Shown here one piece after another: positions 48,561 through 61,437 of a DNA stretch of 64,000 nt. The notes under the pieces are model-generated. The model worked only from the letters and a program-made list of their open reading frames with translations. It made no database searches and was not told the DNA's origin. The stretch spans positions 39,184,001 through 39,248,000 of the forward strand of contig CM060734.1 in NCBI GenBank assembly GCA_030704615.1, written 5' to 3'. Positions within the stretch are counted from its first letter, which is position 1; every line of letters begins with the position of its first letter. The translations under genes were made by a program, and so were the position numbers. This DNA is from Takakia lepidozioides (lineage: Eukaryota; Plantae; Bryophyta).

Positions 48561-51118
48561 AAATAAGAACACACTAGATATAGGATGGGAGTTGAATGCG
48601 CCTGTGTGCCAGCTTGCAGGTACGGTCGCCCAGGGCTTGCGGAGGCGGGACGCCCTTGGCGAGGCCCGTGGTCAAATCCCCACCCCCCCCCCCCCCCCAC
48701 CTCACGCCGTGCTGTTATTGCCTGTATTATAGTACAAAACATTAAAATTCCAAGGGGTTTGTAAGAAAGTGGCGGGTAGCTTGGTGGCTGTATGCACATA
48801 CCATTACTGCGGGGGTATTGGATTCAAGCCTCCTCGGTGGTGCGATGGTAATTGTATGTTTAAGTATTTGACTGAGATACCATTAGATTTTTGCATCTCC
48901 AAAAAATTTCTAAGTCCCTCAAGCGGATTTCTGCTCCCCTATTCCCACATACATACCGCTCCTGTGTGTCCGCCGCTCCCCTCTTCTCCTTGCTCCCTTG
49001 TGTCCGCTGCATTCATTGTATGAGTTTCTTAATGAACTACAGTAGGCCATATTGGCTTGAATAAAGTTCATATATTTTGTTGTTTGCTCTGCATGTGCTC
49101 CTTCAAATTGAACTTTATATAATACTTTAAAGTAAATTTGGGTGCTAATAAAAAAAGAGTATTTTTTATAATTCAAAATAGGGTGTTTACAAAAGACCCA
49201 TATTACAAAATTATGTAATGCCTTGTGACGCTGGGATTCCTCCTCACCTGCTTATTCAACTTGGATGGACTAGTACTATCTATACAATGTCTGTCCCAAC
49301 ATTTCAAGGACCCATCCCCAACTCACTAATGTGTTCCTTCCCTTCTTAACTCATTACATCCCTCTATCGGCAGGTAGCCCAATGGTTGGGTGTTTGTGCC
49401 TTACCTTGCCTACATATGGTTCAAAGTGTCCCCTTTTATGGAAGGTAACGGTCCTTCAGGTGTAACTCAGCCACCATAACTTATGCTTCGACCGGGAGGA
49501 ATCCTCTTGCTTTCCCTCCCTCTATTGTGAAGTCTAAGTAGTGAGGCAAACTATTAGTATGATTATGTTTCATGTTCCAATTTGCATTTGTAAGTGAGGC
49601 CCTACAATTGCACACCAAAGGAGATTGGGTAGCACGCGAATGCGAAAGTCTTCGAAATATGTACTCATGGGAGTATAAGCCATAGACTACCAATAATTCC
49701 AAGACATTTCATATATTGTCTGTATGTACAGATGACACTGCTAAAGAGTTCTGTCACATTCCATTGACTTAACCTCAACTGTGCTGCACCCATAGCCTGC
49801 TAATTCTCTTCATCTTAAAGGGGGGAACCTCCTATCTGCCCCTTCTACTCCCACAACTTCTCATCCTTCTCCGATATTATTGTGCTCAGATCAGTCAATT
49901 CACGGACATGAGTGCTTGGTTACCAACCGTTTTCTGTACAGGCCAGGTTTGATCCTGCCACCTTCCGCATGTCAGGGCTTGGTCCCTTATGAATTTGGCG
50001 TTGAACGAGTGTGAGTGCGTGCAGCGAATGACGTGGCAAACGTGGTGGGTTAAAAGAAGTTGAAGGGAGCGATGTGCTGCATGGCCGCTCTCGATCTCAA
50101 ATTTCCATCTCCAAATTTCCATGTCGTGGGGTCCCTGCGCTGTTGCTTGTCGGGATTGTGAGCTCTGTGTGGGGTATGGCTGACCATCATCTCCTTTGCT
50201 TTTGCATTCTATGCTTTGATTCTATGGAAAGAGCCTCTAAAATCACACGCTTTTCATGATTCTTTGTTGACTCGTCTTGCTTGAGTCTGTTGCTTGATTC
50301 TTGTACAGCTGATTACATTGCAGTAGCCCACGTAACCGTGAATTATGTCTTCTATGATATCTGGATTCAAGCATCATCCCTCGTCAACAATTAAACAATG
50401 GTTCACTCTTTTTTCGTCCACATTATAGCGAGGTTAGTTAGACAGACAGAATTTGCGTTCTTTTTGCGAACACAGACTTTACTAGTGCCAGCAATCGACC
50501 GGGTCTGCTCCGTAGGCTAACATATTTCTTGCCCAATCCATTTGTCTAATTGTATGTAGCAAAAACCAAGATTTGATAAGAGTACTGAAATGGGAACTTT
50601 GATCTTGCGTAGCAGATGTTGTTACGGGACCCTCGCTTGATTGATGCTAGAGGACATTGTGCAGAAACTTTATTCAGTGGTTCTGTAGTGGTCGACGCAA
50701 ATTCAGGCTCTTTGGGGTGAAAGGCTTTGGCACTTTCTGCTGTCTTCTTGCTCATTTTATTCACCATATGACGTAAATTGGGTTCCTTCCCCAATGTTTT
50801 CCTTAGCTTTCTCGTGTCTAATTGCATACCATGCGATCAATTTCTAGTCCTGTGTTTCTGTGCGTGGTGGTGAAAGGTCCTAGGTTTAGTCTTCCCTGTT
50901 GTGAAGCTTCGAGAGTAAGCATAGTTGCTCTGATTCTTGGTGGTCACTCTTCAATTGTTGAAAACAGTTCCTGATACAATGGCTAATGCAGGGTGCGCAG
51001 GTGGAAGAGAGAAGTATGGAGCAGCCAGGTGATCCTGGGCAACTGAGGAGTTGGGACTAATCTCGGGTGGGGGGGTTGGAGATATTGACTGCTTCCGCTG
51101 CCATCAAAATTCGAGGAA

Positions 51119-53417
51119 ATGTTGAATAGATTGGGACTCAACAGGTTTAAGAAGGCTGAATCGGCAGAGCCATTTTCTGTTAAGTCTGGCAGCTCTGTTC
51201 AGCAGACACTAAGCAAACAGCAGTCACAACCATATGCCCTCCCCACCTCAGGAGCAGCATCCGCTCAAGTACAACCTCCGGTATGTCCTCTCCTAGACCT
51301 GCAATGGCTTTGACTCCTGTATACTGGATGCAAGGAGTGTACATTAGTCGTCATGTCACCAATTGGAGTTTGTGGCACAACCTGTGAGGTTTGCATTCAG
51401 GTAGGTTGGTTTGGCTTTGTCCGGTCCTTGATGTGTCAAATTTTATCTCAGCTGGTCATCACTACCCTACGCGAACACTGCGGGACTCCCGCAGCACTGT
51501 AAGCAGGGAATGTTCCCTGAAATCCTCAAAACTGCTGAAGATGTGCTTAACATGGAGTGAGCAGCTTGCAGACCTGGCTAGGGTTTCATGCATGCAAACA
51601 ACTGCAGGTGTCTTGAGTGATTAACATCTTATTCTAGGTTGGTTCAATATTGCCATGATGTAGATCTCAAGCACATCCACAGGCTCGGGTGGATCCAACT
51701 GGCAGCCTCCTGATTGGGCAGTGGAGCCAAAGCCTGGCATGTATTGTCTAGAAGTGCTGAAGGAGGCAGCCATTGTGGACAAGATATGTTTGGAGAAGCG
51801 GCGGGCGCTTTTCGGGCGCCAAGCGGTTATGTGTGATTATGTCTTGGATCATCCTTCGGTGTCTCGTCAGCACGCAGCCATTGTACACCACAAGAATGGA
51901 GGGTAAAGGGTTTCTTCTTGTTAGTCTATTGTTGAAAGTCTTAGTCCAGAGGCCTGGGCATGAGGACATAAGTATGGTGGAATCAAGTCTAAACTTGTTC
52001 AGCCCAAAGTGAATTGGCAACAATAGTTGCAAGTGCACTAGATGAGGCACAACACTTTTATGTGTACTCCATAATAATTGGGTCTATAAGATAGGCATAG
52101 GTCCTTCTTATTTCCAGTTCCAGGGATTTTTCCCATACCATGAGACTTTGTGCATTTGGTGTCCTAAGATGTCTCACAGCATTTGCTCATGGATTAGTAA
52201 TTGGCAAGCATCTAAGGTTTGGACCTTGCAAACAAGATTGGTTAACTTTGTGCTGAGTTTAAAATACGGATTATTTTATTTGTCAGCATACACTACAGTG
52301 GTCTCACTTATAAAGGGGTGTGAGCTGAGCTGATAGCCACCCGTGAATTCTGTTTCTGATGTGATTATGGTGACTACTGAGTGCAGTGTGTATGTCATTG
52401 ATCTCGGCTCTGTGCACGGCACATTTGTGGCCAACGAGCGGCTCTCAAAGGACAGCGCTGTAGAACTTGAAGTAGGCCAATCACTGCGGTTTGGTGCATC
52501 AACCCGAAGCTATGTTCTGAGAAAGAATGCTCCGACTTCCCTTTGGGCAGCTGCACAGCCATCGGCCAATTGTGTATACCCTCCCCGTCCTGACCACTCC
52601 GATGAAGCAGCTTTAGTTTCTTACAACACCTCCCTAAACCCACTTGGCGTTCCAATCCCCACCTCCCCAGCAACGGAAGTGTCTCACATGCAGTACAGGT
52701 ACTGCTACATCATAAACCCTGACCTCTTCACTGTCATGTATCACCGCAAGGAAATTGAGATTCCGATCAAATTCTACTAATTATGAGATAATTAGGACTC
52801 TAATACTGTACAGATGCAGGAATGGATCAACACAGGGACTGGAAGAGGAAGAACAGCAGATCGAAAGGCCTCCAAAGCGGCCCCGGAGTTCGCGGGTTAC
52901 ATTCAGAGACGAATATGGGGGGGTCCTTGTTGAGGTGGTCGGGATCTCGGATGGTGTTCATGTTGGCACGGAGCCAGGGCCAGTGGGTGTAAGAGAAGGG
53001 AGTCTGGTTGGGAAGTACGAGTCTTTAGTACAGGTCACAATCATTCCAAAAGGTCACGATGATGCAAAAGGAAAAGAGCAGGGGGGAACATTGCCAGGGG
53101 TTACTGAAAGATTGAAGCAATATTTGGATAAGGTTAAGTTTACTGGGAAAGGTGGTCTGTATGGCGATTTGTATGGGGATTCCTTGGCCGGGGTTGTGGG
53201 AGGCTCTTGGGCAGGCCCTGCCAAAAAGTCAGGGAATGGCCTAAACGCAGATGAAGAGAGCACCTCACCTGGGATTAAGGAAGTTAAAGGGAAGGGGACA
53301 CCAGAAAGTGGCAGGAAAGTGGGAGATCCCCAGTCGAACAGTAGTTCAATAAGAGACAGGAATGTATTGGAGGCAGTAGAAGATAATGATCTGTTCGGTG
53401 ATTCTGCCGAAGCATGA
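51119..53417 (+). CDS. FHA-domain protein, NIPP1-like, copy B; 4 exons if the extra intron 52699-52813 is spliced
   Basis: Exons 51119-51280, 51664-51902, 52387-52698, 52814-53417. Paralogue of 26742-29059 with identical exon 1 and 2 lengths (162, 239). Confidence 0.85.
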
Positions 53418-54069
53418 TCCGTCGCTGGGTCTGTCACTATGGAGTCATAGCTACGCACTTTGGTCAGTCTAAGGGGATTCAGATTACAACTGTTAAGAAA
53501 CACCAATCACAGGGAAGCAGTGCCAGGACATTCACGAAAGAGCCAGAGTCTCACTGTGGAGTGGACACTCCAGTTTGTATATAAGCCTTTCTCTGGGTGG
53601 AATGCTTGCATGCCATTCAGTCTACAGCTACTGAACTTTCAATCTCACAACAACACTCCATTTCTATCGAGAGACATTCTTGGTTCTCCGTGGTGATAGA
53701 GTCTTGCGGGTGCAAGAATTATCCAATGCCTTCAGTTTTTACGTTGTCGGACTCGGGACCTCCCTGTGTTTTTATGTCAAAGTGTCAGAAGACTGAAGTG
53801 ATTGCTTTTACTATATGGGTTTGCCGTGACCATTGTCATGTAACAGTGGCAGACATGTGGGCGTGAATTTCACAGGTCCTATATAGCAAGATGAACAGAA
53901 CCATTTGCATGTTGCATTTCAGCTTCTCCCTCTCTCAGGTACATGTTGGTTAGGGATGAGTAGGTCATTTCTGCTGCTTGCACTCATCCTGCCTTGACTG
54001 AAGCAGCAAGAAGATGTAGGTCCATTGCCTCCCCCACACAAGGTGAACTAGGTAAGGCTGTGAGGAGCC

Positions 54070-54770
54070 TGAGGACACAATTGGAGGAAGACACAGAAGA
54101 CTTGTCCACACTCTCTGCGGTTATACAATTATTCTACAATTCCTCTTGCATATCCTTGTAATCCTTTCAGTGATGTGGAGCAAAAGCATTTGTCGTGGAT
54201 CCTTTGGAAACCACACCTAGCACTGGGAGTTACAGATATGGAAGACTGGATCTGCAGAGAGACTTTAAGGTTTGCTTCTGAGAGAGAGGTCCTTTCAGAA
54301 GGCGGGCTGATTCGCATGAATGTGGAAGCAGCGGGCAAAAGCAGTCATGGACGAGAATGCAGGTGGCCACACAGCTCGCCATGCCTCCTCAAGAGCCCAC
54401 AAGTTTGCACTGAAGGTGGGCATGTTCATGCTGGATGCCAACACCCGTGCTCAGGTTTGCTCCCTCATCTCTTCAATCCTTTTTCATTTAGGTGTGACAG
54501 CATCTGGGGCTTTTGCTCATGTGCTTATCTTGGACATTTGGAATTTTTGTGGTGGAAGGCACACACTTACTTTATCATGAAGAGCAGCCCATTGGCATTC
54601 CTGAATTTTGAGACAGACATTGTTTGTTGTCACGCTGGGTTGGGTTTTGGCCTGGAAAGTAGAGAGAAATTAGCGGGGCTGATGCTTTGAGGAAGGACAA
54701 TGCGGACTTTATCAATTGGTCCGTTGACCTTGACAACCACGATGATCAAAGTCAGTGCCATTGCCTGGAT
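54070..54770 (+). pseudogene. Second SWC6 5' fragment
   Basis: ATG 54347: MDENAGGHTARHASSRAHKFALKVG..LDANTRAQ|gt. Broken exon 2 remnant at ~54675-54750 (gatgctttgaggaaggacaat..gatgatcaaa). Confidence 0.85.
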
Positions 54771-56864
54771 TGAGGGACGCACTCTAGGAGAAACATCTGA
54801 AGGTGTCCAAGCGGCCCCAACTTACTAGACTTCAAGAGATATGGTCCAACATTTCCCCTGACAAGTGGGTAACTTCCACTAGATGACAACGGCACTATTG
54901 TGGTGTGTGGCCTGGTCCACAGTGCTGTATACATTGCGAAATGCTGCATACAGACATGGGCTGTAAAGAGTTTTCTTGCTTAATCTTGTCTCTTTACAGT
55001 ACTAGGAAGTAAAGTTGCATGTTAATCATTTCTCTAGCAAGTTGCTTGCTAAATGAAGCAAGAGACCAGTAAATGCTTCTTGGATATTGTTGGAGACATT
55101 ATGCACGACTATTGATAATAAAGTAGAGGATGCCACATGCAGCTGCTGCGATCTAAAGCATTGGACAGTTGTGCCTGAAGCCACCATATCTAAGAGCAGT
55201 CTATCTATCCAGGCAAAGCTAAAAACCCATTGAAAGCCAGCCAGTTGCAATCAGGTCAGCTTGCACAGATCCTGTCCCGTTGGTATAACTTAGATACAGC
55301 TTGTAAGCATCAAGGAAGAGGAACAGACCCCCACCCGGAGGTTGCAATGTACTTCCTACTGAGAAGGAAAACCCGAAAGCCCTGTAGTCATATACCTGGA
55401 GCTATTTCCATCCCAAGCGGACCTTATTTGACCACTGAGCTACTGGTAGAGACTAGAGTCGTAGAGACTCTCCAGCCTAGTGTCTAACATTTGCTTCACT
55501 AGCAAATTCATCAACAGTTTGGACCTAATTTGCATAGCTAGCGAGGGTCTCAAGCACCTTGTCACCTAAAATATAGCCCAGCCTCAGCAGAAAGCGCCAG
55601 CACTTCTGAGTGTTAGAACTATCACTGGCAGAGACAGTTTGGGGGGCTTTGAGACATCATCTACAGCCGCTCTGCTGAACCCTGCTTGGAAGATGGAGTG
55701 CTGCTTATGTTGATACTTTGAAGGTGATAGACCTTGCCACTGTCCAGAGCCTGGGTGATGGTGGTGTGCAACAGAACTGTTACTAGGCACTAAATGAAGT
55801 CCAGCTTGGCTCATACGCGTGTGGTACCAACACTTCCTTGCAATGGAAATGGAGAGAAGCGGGCAGTGGCTGCCGCATTTCCTTTTAAGATAGGGTATCA
55901 GGAGCAGCAGGAGCAGCAGGAGCAGCAATTGTGGGAAGTAGTTCCACTAAAATTTAGTTTCCAAGGTGCGAGGAGGCTTGGGAAGTTTGCAACGTCCCTT
56001 ACAATTTGTTAAATGGTTTGCCATGGCTCAATAGTAGTTGCGAAAACAGAAAATAGGATCAATGAGCGGGTCGAAAAGTAAAATGCAAGACCACATATGT
56101 TCTGGGTGATGTTTCTTTTGGCCAGGCAGACCATATCAAAATCTCTGTGACCTAAATCATATTTTTCGGGAAAGGTTCAGATCTAGTCATGATATTCTGA
56201 CTACCATGTTAACAAAAATTCCAAGTCCTACCTACTCAAAAGGTCATAATATTCCACAGGGATTATCCTGTTGTATTTTTGTAGCAGACACCTCAAGTAG
56301 GCACTTCAGTGAGAAAGAAAAAGAGGAACAGGATTCATGAGCAACCAACAGTCAGGTCCAACTGCGACAATATCCATGAAATTCAGGTGAAACTTAGGTT
56401 CAAAGATTCATGCCCTGTTGGTACATACCACCAACATTCTCTTGAGAAATGAAACTGACGCACGCCATTAGTAGCACATTCCAACTCCAGATGATGGATC
56501 CAGGCCTGAGAGGCTCGCATAAAAAACTCTCAGATTTTATCATGGCTAAGAAACGGAGACGTGCTCACAATAAGCAACATGCTGAGAATGGAAGGCGTTG
56601 ACCTAACTTGTAGATAGACCCTGGGTGGAGACTTTTCTCAACTCAAGCAGCTCTAGTCAAATAGAGGGCTTGGCTTCTTCAGCAACGCATGAACTACGCA
56701 CAGATCAAGAGGAGCCGAAAGTATACATCCAAATACCTAGCACTTGCATCGGCACATGCATGGGTTTGGCTTCCCACAGACTGATTTTGGCGCCCCAACT
56801 CTTCAAACTGAATTGCCTATTAATACAGTACGACCATGTGTCCTGAGCCACAGTAGGAGGCCTC

Positions 56865-59800
56865 CTACGCGGCCACTGCCACTGGCCTCTTGCTTGTCTT
56901 GATACCCTTAATCGCTGTGCATGTCACCAGAATACCTTAGTCAGAAATAGAACAGAGCACTGATATCCTCTGCCACACTTAACAATAGCAGGCAGACTTC
57001 TGCAGACAACTCAGTAGTTACTGACATTTGAGTTATCGATTAAATATGCTGGTGCACTCTCAAGAAGCTACATAAGCAAAAAATCAATCACAAACACTTG
57101 GGATGTGCCCATCCTAACCTTCAAAATAGCTCTTAGCTCCAAAGACAGCAGATCCTGCCACTAGTGCATTTGCTCCCGCCTCAATCACCTGTAACTAGGA
57201 CACACGGACAGTCAGCCTGACTTCAAGCATCGTCTGGGGTTTGTCATGATTCATAAAGAACATTAGTATCCTTGGCATAGCTGCTTATTCCAGAGTAGTG
57301 CTCTGTCACACTGGTCTTCAGTGAGGGTGTGAGTGCACCTTGTACGCATTGGAGGGGCTGACACCACCATCCACCTCAATCCATGGGTTGACCCCCTGCA
57401 TCCCATAACCCGTTTGTTGATTCACAGTAGTAACAAGTACAGTGTAAGGAAATTAATATGCCAGAATTTTCCAATTACTAGACATTCAAAATCAATTTCA
57501 AGTGCACACTCGCTCAACTGGAGCTGACATCCTTATAGCTACTAGCCTAAACACAAACTTTCCCACACCTCTACCTAAATCAGGCAGAACAAGGTTTCAT
57601 TTACCTTCTCAGCACATAATCTCTTGAGATCAGCAATCTTTTTGACTTGGCTCTCAATGAAGCTCTGTCCTCCAAACCCAGGGTTGACCGACATGATCAA
57701 AACCAAATCCACAACTGTTGCCCATCAACCGACAAACACACACACATAAGCAAGCTGCTGCAACCATCTCATTTTAACATTGAACCAAGGAATTCATACC
57801 ACTATCTAGCAGTGAGACAGGATATTCCACATGATCCACATAATGTGGACATTCTGAGAACAGGTGATGGGATTTTGCTGTGGCAACTGCGGGTGCAGCA
57901 TCTTGACAATATACACTAATCTGTTGGTGAGCACACTTGTGTCACCTTTAAGGCTATGCTTGAAGTCTGCTGTCTCTAAATAACGAATAGTATTAGGAAT
58001 CAAAGAGTCCTACATGTGTGATTTCCCCTCCTCACCTCTCAGTTCAAGGAAAATGTCCCAGCTGATGAAGAGGTAATTCAAGATCCTTCGTAGGGTCAGA
58101 CAGCACCTCCAGGTTCCACATTGACTTGGTATCACCCAGTACACTAGTTTGCTAATATTGGAACTTACTCATGGATTAATCTATATTCAATCACATTTCT
58201 ACATGCTATTCATCAGAATGGTATGAAAATCAAGGGGCATGGATATGTACAATCAAGGACATATTCGATGGCAGATAAAGGTGTGCCAGGGTTGAGCACC
58301 ACTCCAGCCTTGGCTCCGAGGCTTTTAATCTGCACACATCACAATCACCCCTAAATGTATCTGTTAGCTCTGGTGAATTTGATACCTAAGCTGACAGGCT
58401 TTTCAAACCACAAAAGCTCTGTGGTCAATCCTAATTGTGTTAGCTGGCTAACCTTACTTACATTTCAAAGGCCTCATACTAAAGTCTTGGCACTGGCTTT
58501 GCTAACAATCCCACAGTACATCTATGGTTAATCCAAATCGAGTTATTCCTATAGCAATAAAAGCTGGCTTACGTTACTTAAAATTATTCATACTAAGGAC
58601 TTGGAACTGGCTTTGCTAAAATTTTGAACAGAATGTGGGCCTTACATAACATCAGTTCCTCACATAAGCAGTGAAGATTTAGACTTCAATAAATTTGTCC
58701 CAGATACGTTGTAGACATTCCTTACTTTTACACAAAAAAAACGTTCCCCGCCTAAAAACACCACACATTTCCTCCAGGCTTCAACTTGATTGGAACCCGG
58801 CATTTGTCACCACTCTAGCAGAAAACACAAGGCTTAAGACTGAATAATAATCATCCTGAACAGGAAAAATAAGTAGAACATCTAACGTGCTTGCCTGTCC
58901 AATTGTACGGTGCAAATGAATGGTTGATGCATTCTCAGCATGCACGCTAACAATGTCAGCACCAGCCTTAATAAAGTCAGCAACACGCTGCTCTGGCTCC
59001 ACAATCATCTGCAACATAGTTGAAAGAAGAGAAAAACCTCAATACCTTCGAACAATATTGTCAAGACAAGTAAGCGTACATACGACACCAACTACAAGCA
59101 CGGAATGATAGAAAAAGATAAAGCAGAAAGGGGCACGCTCAAACCAGGTGGACATCTAGTGGTAGGTCGGTGACAGGGCGCAGGGCATCAACAACAAGAG
59201 GCCCAATGGTAATGTTGGGTACAAAGCGACCATCCATGACATCCACATGAATCCAGTCACACCCGGCCTCCTCCACAGCCTTTACCTGCCATGATCCAGC
59301 ACAAAGTATTATTACATAAACTCCCTTTAAGAGAATTGCCCCCAATTCGGAAATACAGGCTTCAATTGACCAATTAACAAACATTGTTCTCACATATGAC
59401 TAGCAGTTAGACCACATTACCGTGCTTGCATTTCCAACGCAGCCAGAAGAAATCAGCAAGCTTACCTTTAAAGATCTAGAGTAGTTACACTTTCCAAGGA
59501 GGAGGCGAGTGATATGGCAGAGGCTTATAATCTATGAAGAGATTGCAGGAAAGAACTTACCGAAATGAGAACAAAATGTGCCATATTACTACTTCAGTAA
59601 AGTGGGAATCTGCACTATGCTTTTCAAGCAGAGCAGGATCAGAAAGGCTTTCTGCTGGCTAGGTGTGTTCCTCCCCCAGCTTAGAGCGAGAGAGTGATGA
59701 CCTAGGAGGACGTTTTCCGTGACACAAGCATTGCCTCCAGAATTATAGAGACAGAAGAAAACAGAGAAGACCAAAGCATAATGAACAGACCTGCTCGCCC

Positions 59801-61437
59801 AGTTTGGCAAAGTTTGCAGACAAAATGGAGGGCGACACAATGATGTCATCCTTGGAGCACTTGTCCACCCGGGAACTGGCCTTGATTGCTGGTAATACAA
59901 CCCTACCGCTGCAATCACAAAGAAGAAAGGGAATTTGGTCAACATCTGCAATCAGCACCCCTGTTGATCGTGGATAGTCAAATATTTCACTGGGGTTGAC
60001 CCCTCCTTGGACGGAAGAGGAGGGAGGTGAAAGTTGCCAGGGTGCCACTACCGCCTGATGGTGCTCCATTTGTTCAAGTTATGAGAATGTGAGTTAGAAG
60101 CATGCCTGAACAGACCACATAATCCATCCCTATTAAAACAGTGCTAACTCACATAACCATCTTTTATTCTTTCCTCAATCAACTTGGCCAGAGGACAACA
60201 CTTGGAAGAGAATGGCTATGGCCTACCCCATTCAGCTCTCTGTCACTACCTGCCCAGAGAAAAACCACAGTATCTTTCAGCTGTGTCATACCATGAACAA
60301 TATGACCATGGGCCTATCTGATGCCCATTTCCCTAGTTGCAGGCACGCAGGCACCATATCCAGGTTCCATCAACAATAGATCAAATTAGAATGTTATGTA
60401 TCGAGACAAAGAGGAGATAGCCATCAACTTCCATTACACAATGAAGGAGACACTGAAGACATTGCTTTTGAGGTTCCAGAAAAAGTTGATGCAATTACGC
60501 TTTAGACTAACATATCTGATATTCAGGGACTGGTGGAGTGCATCTCCCAAGGTTTTGGATATTTCCAAAAAACACTGAAACTGAGAGAGATGCAAATAGA
60601 TTCAGACTGATTTTAAAGCTCAGAATCCATTCACAAATGTTTGTTCCTTCAAAACTTGGCCACCAAGTTTGCTGAGCTGGTGCAAACAGGTTTCTGGAAT
60701 GCACTCCATGTTTGAGACACTTGAGGACAACTGAGATTATGTCCTCGCATGATATTGTGGCTAAGAGGATTGATCAAAATTGCACCTCCCGTAGATGCAG
60801 TCGTTCTCTCTTTGCAGAACTCCTCAGAATAATATAGGTTTCAGATCAACAGCTGGTAACCACCGAAATGGTGTTTTTCTAAAAACAATCGGCCATCATT
60901 GGTCGTTATCGACTATGCCAAGTCTACTGCTTGGCGAGTAGTTACCGGCACACCAGGAATATCATAAAATGCTGAAATTTCAGCCTATGAACACCGGCCT
61001 TGAATTCATCAAGATGAACAAACATGCTTGGATATTTGCCTCAAAGTTTATTACGATATGTCGCAGGAAATTTCGAAACTTGTGCGTCTCGCGACGCTGA
61101 CAGAGAATTGACCACAACTTCCCCCTCACCGAATTGCATCTCTCTTCGACTGAATGCCCCTAAAATTGAGGACCGTTTCTCTTCAGCTCCAAACAGTGAC
61201 TAGAGCACAACATCAACCTCAACAATTCTTGAACAGGCACCGAAAACTCCTAGAAAAAGAGAAAAATTTGATTCCAAAGAACCTGGTAGACACAGAAGCC
61301 TTAGAGAACCGGGCAACGCTAGCCTTTCCTCCCCAGAAAGAGCTCGGACAAACCGCACCGGTAGATTTCTGAGACGGCGAAGCCACGGCCAATGCCGCAC
61401 CAGCTAAGGACCCCACCACTTGCGTCGTCGTCGCCAT
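56865..61437 (-). CDS. RPE: Plastid ribulose-5-phosphate 3-epimerase, 9 exons
   Basis: Exons 61437-61283, 59908-59791, 59285-59145, 59008-58895, 58329-58251, 57714-57605, 57395-57339, 57188-57119, 56914-56865. [55 protein letters not shown]. Confidence 0.96.

Noticed and set aside
55026-56012. Short ORFs, including one with a QEQQEQQEQQ run
   Set aside because: No recognisable domain or consistent exon chain; the Q/E run comes from a 9-bp tandem repeat.
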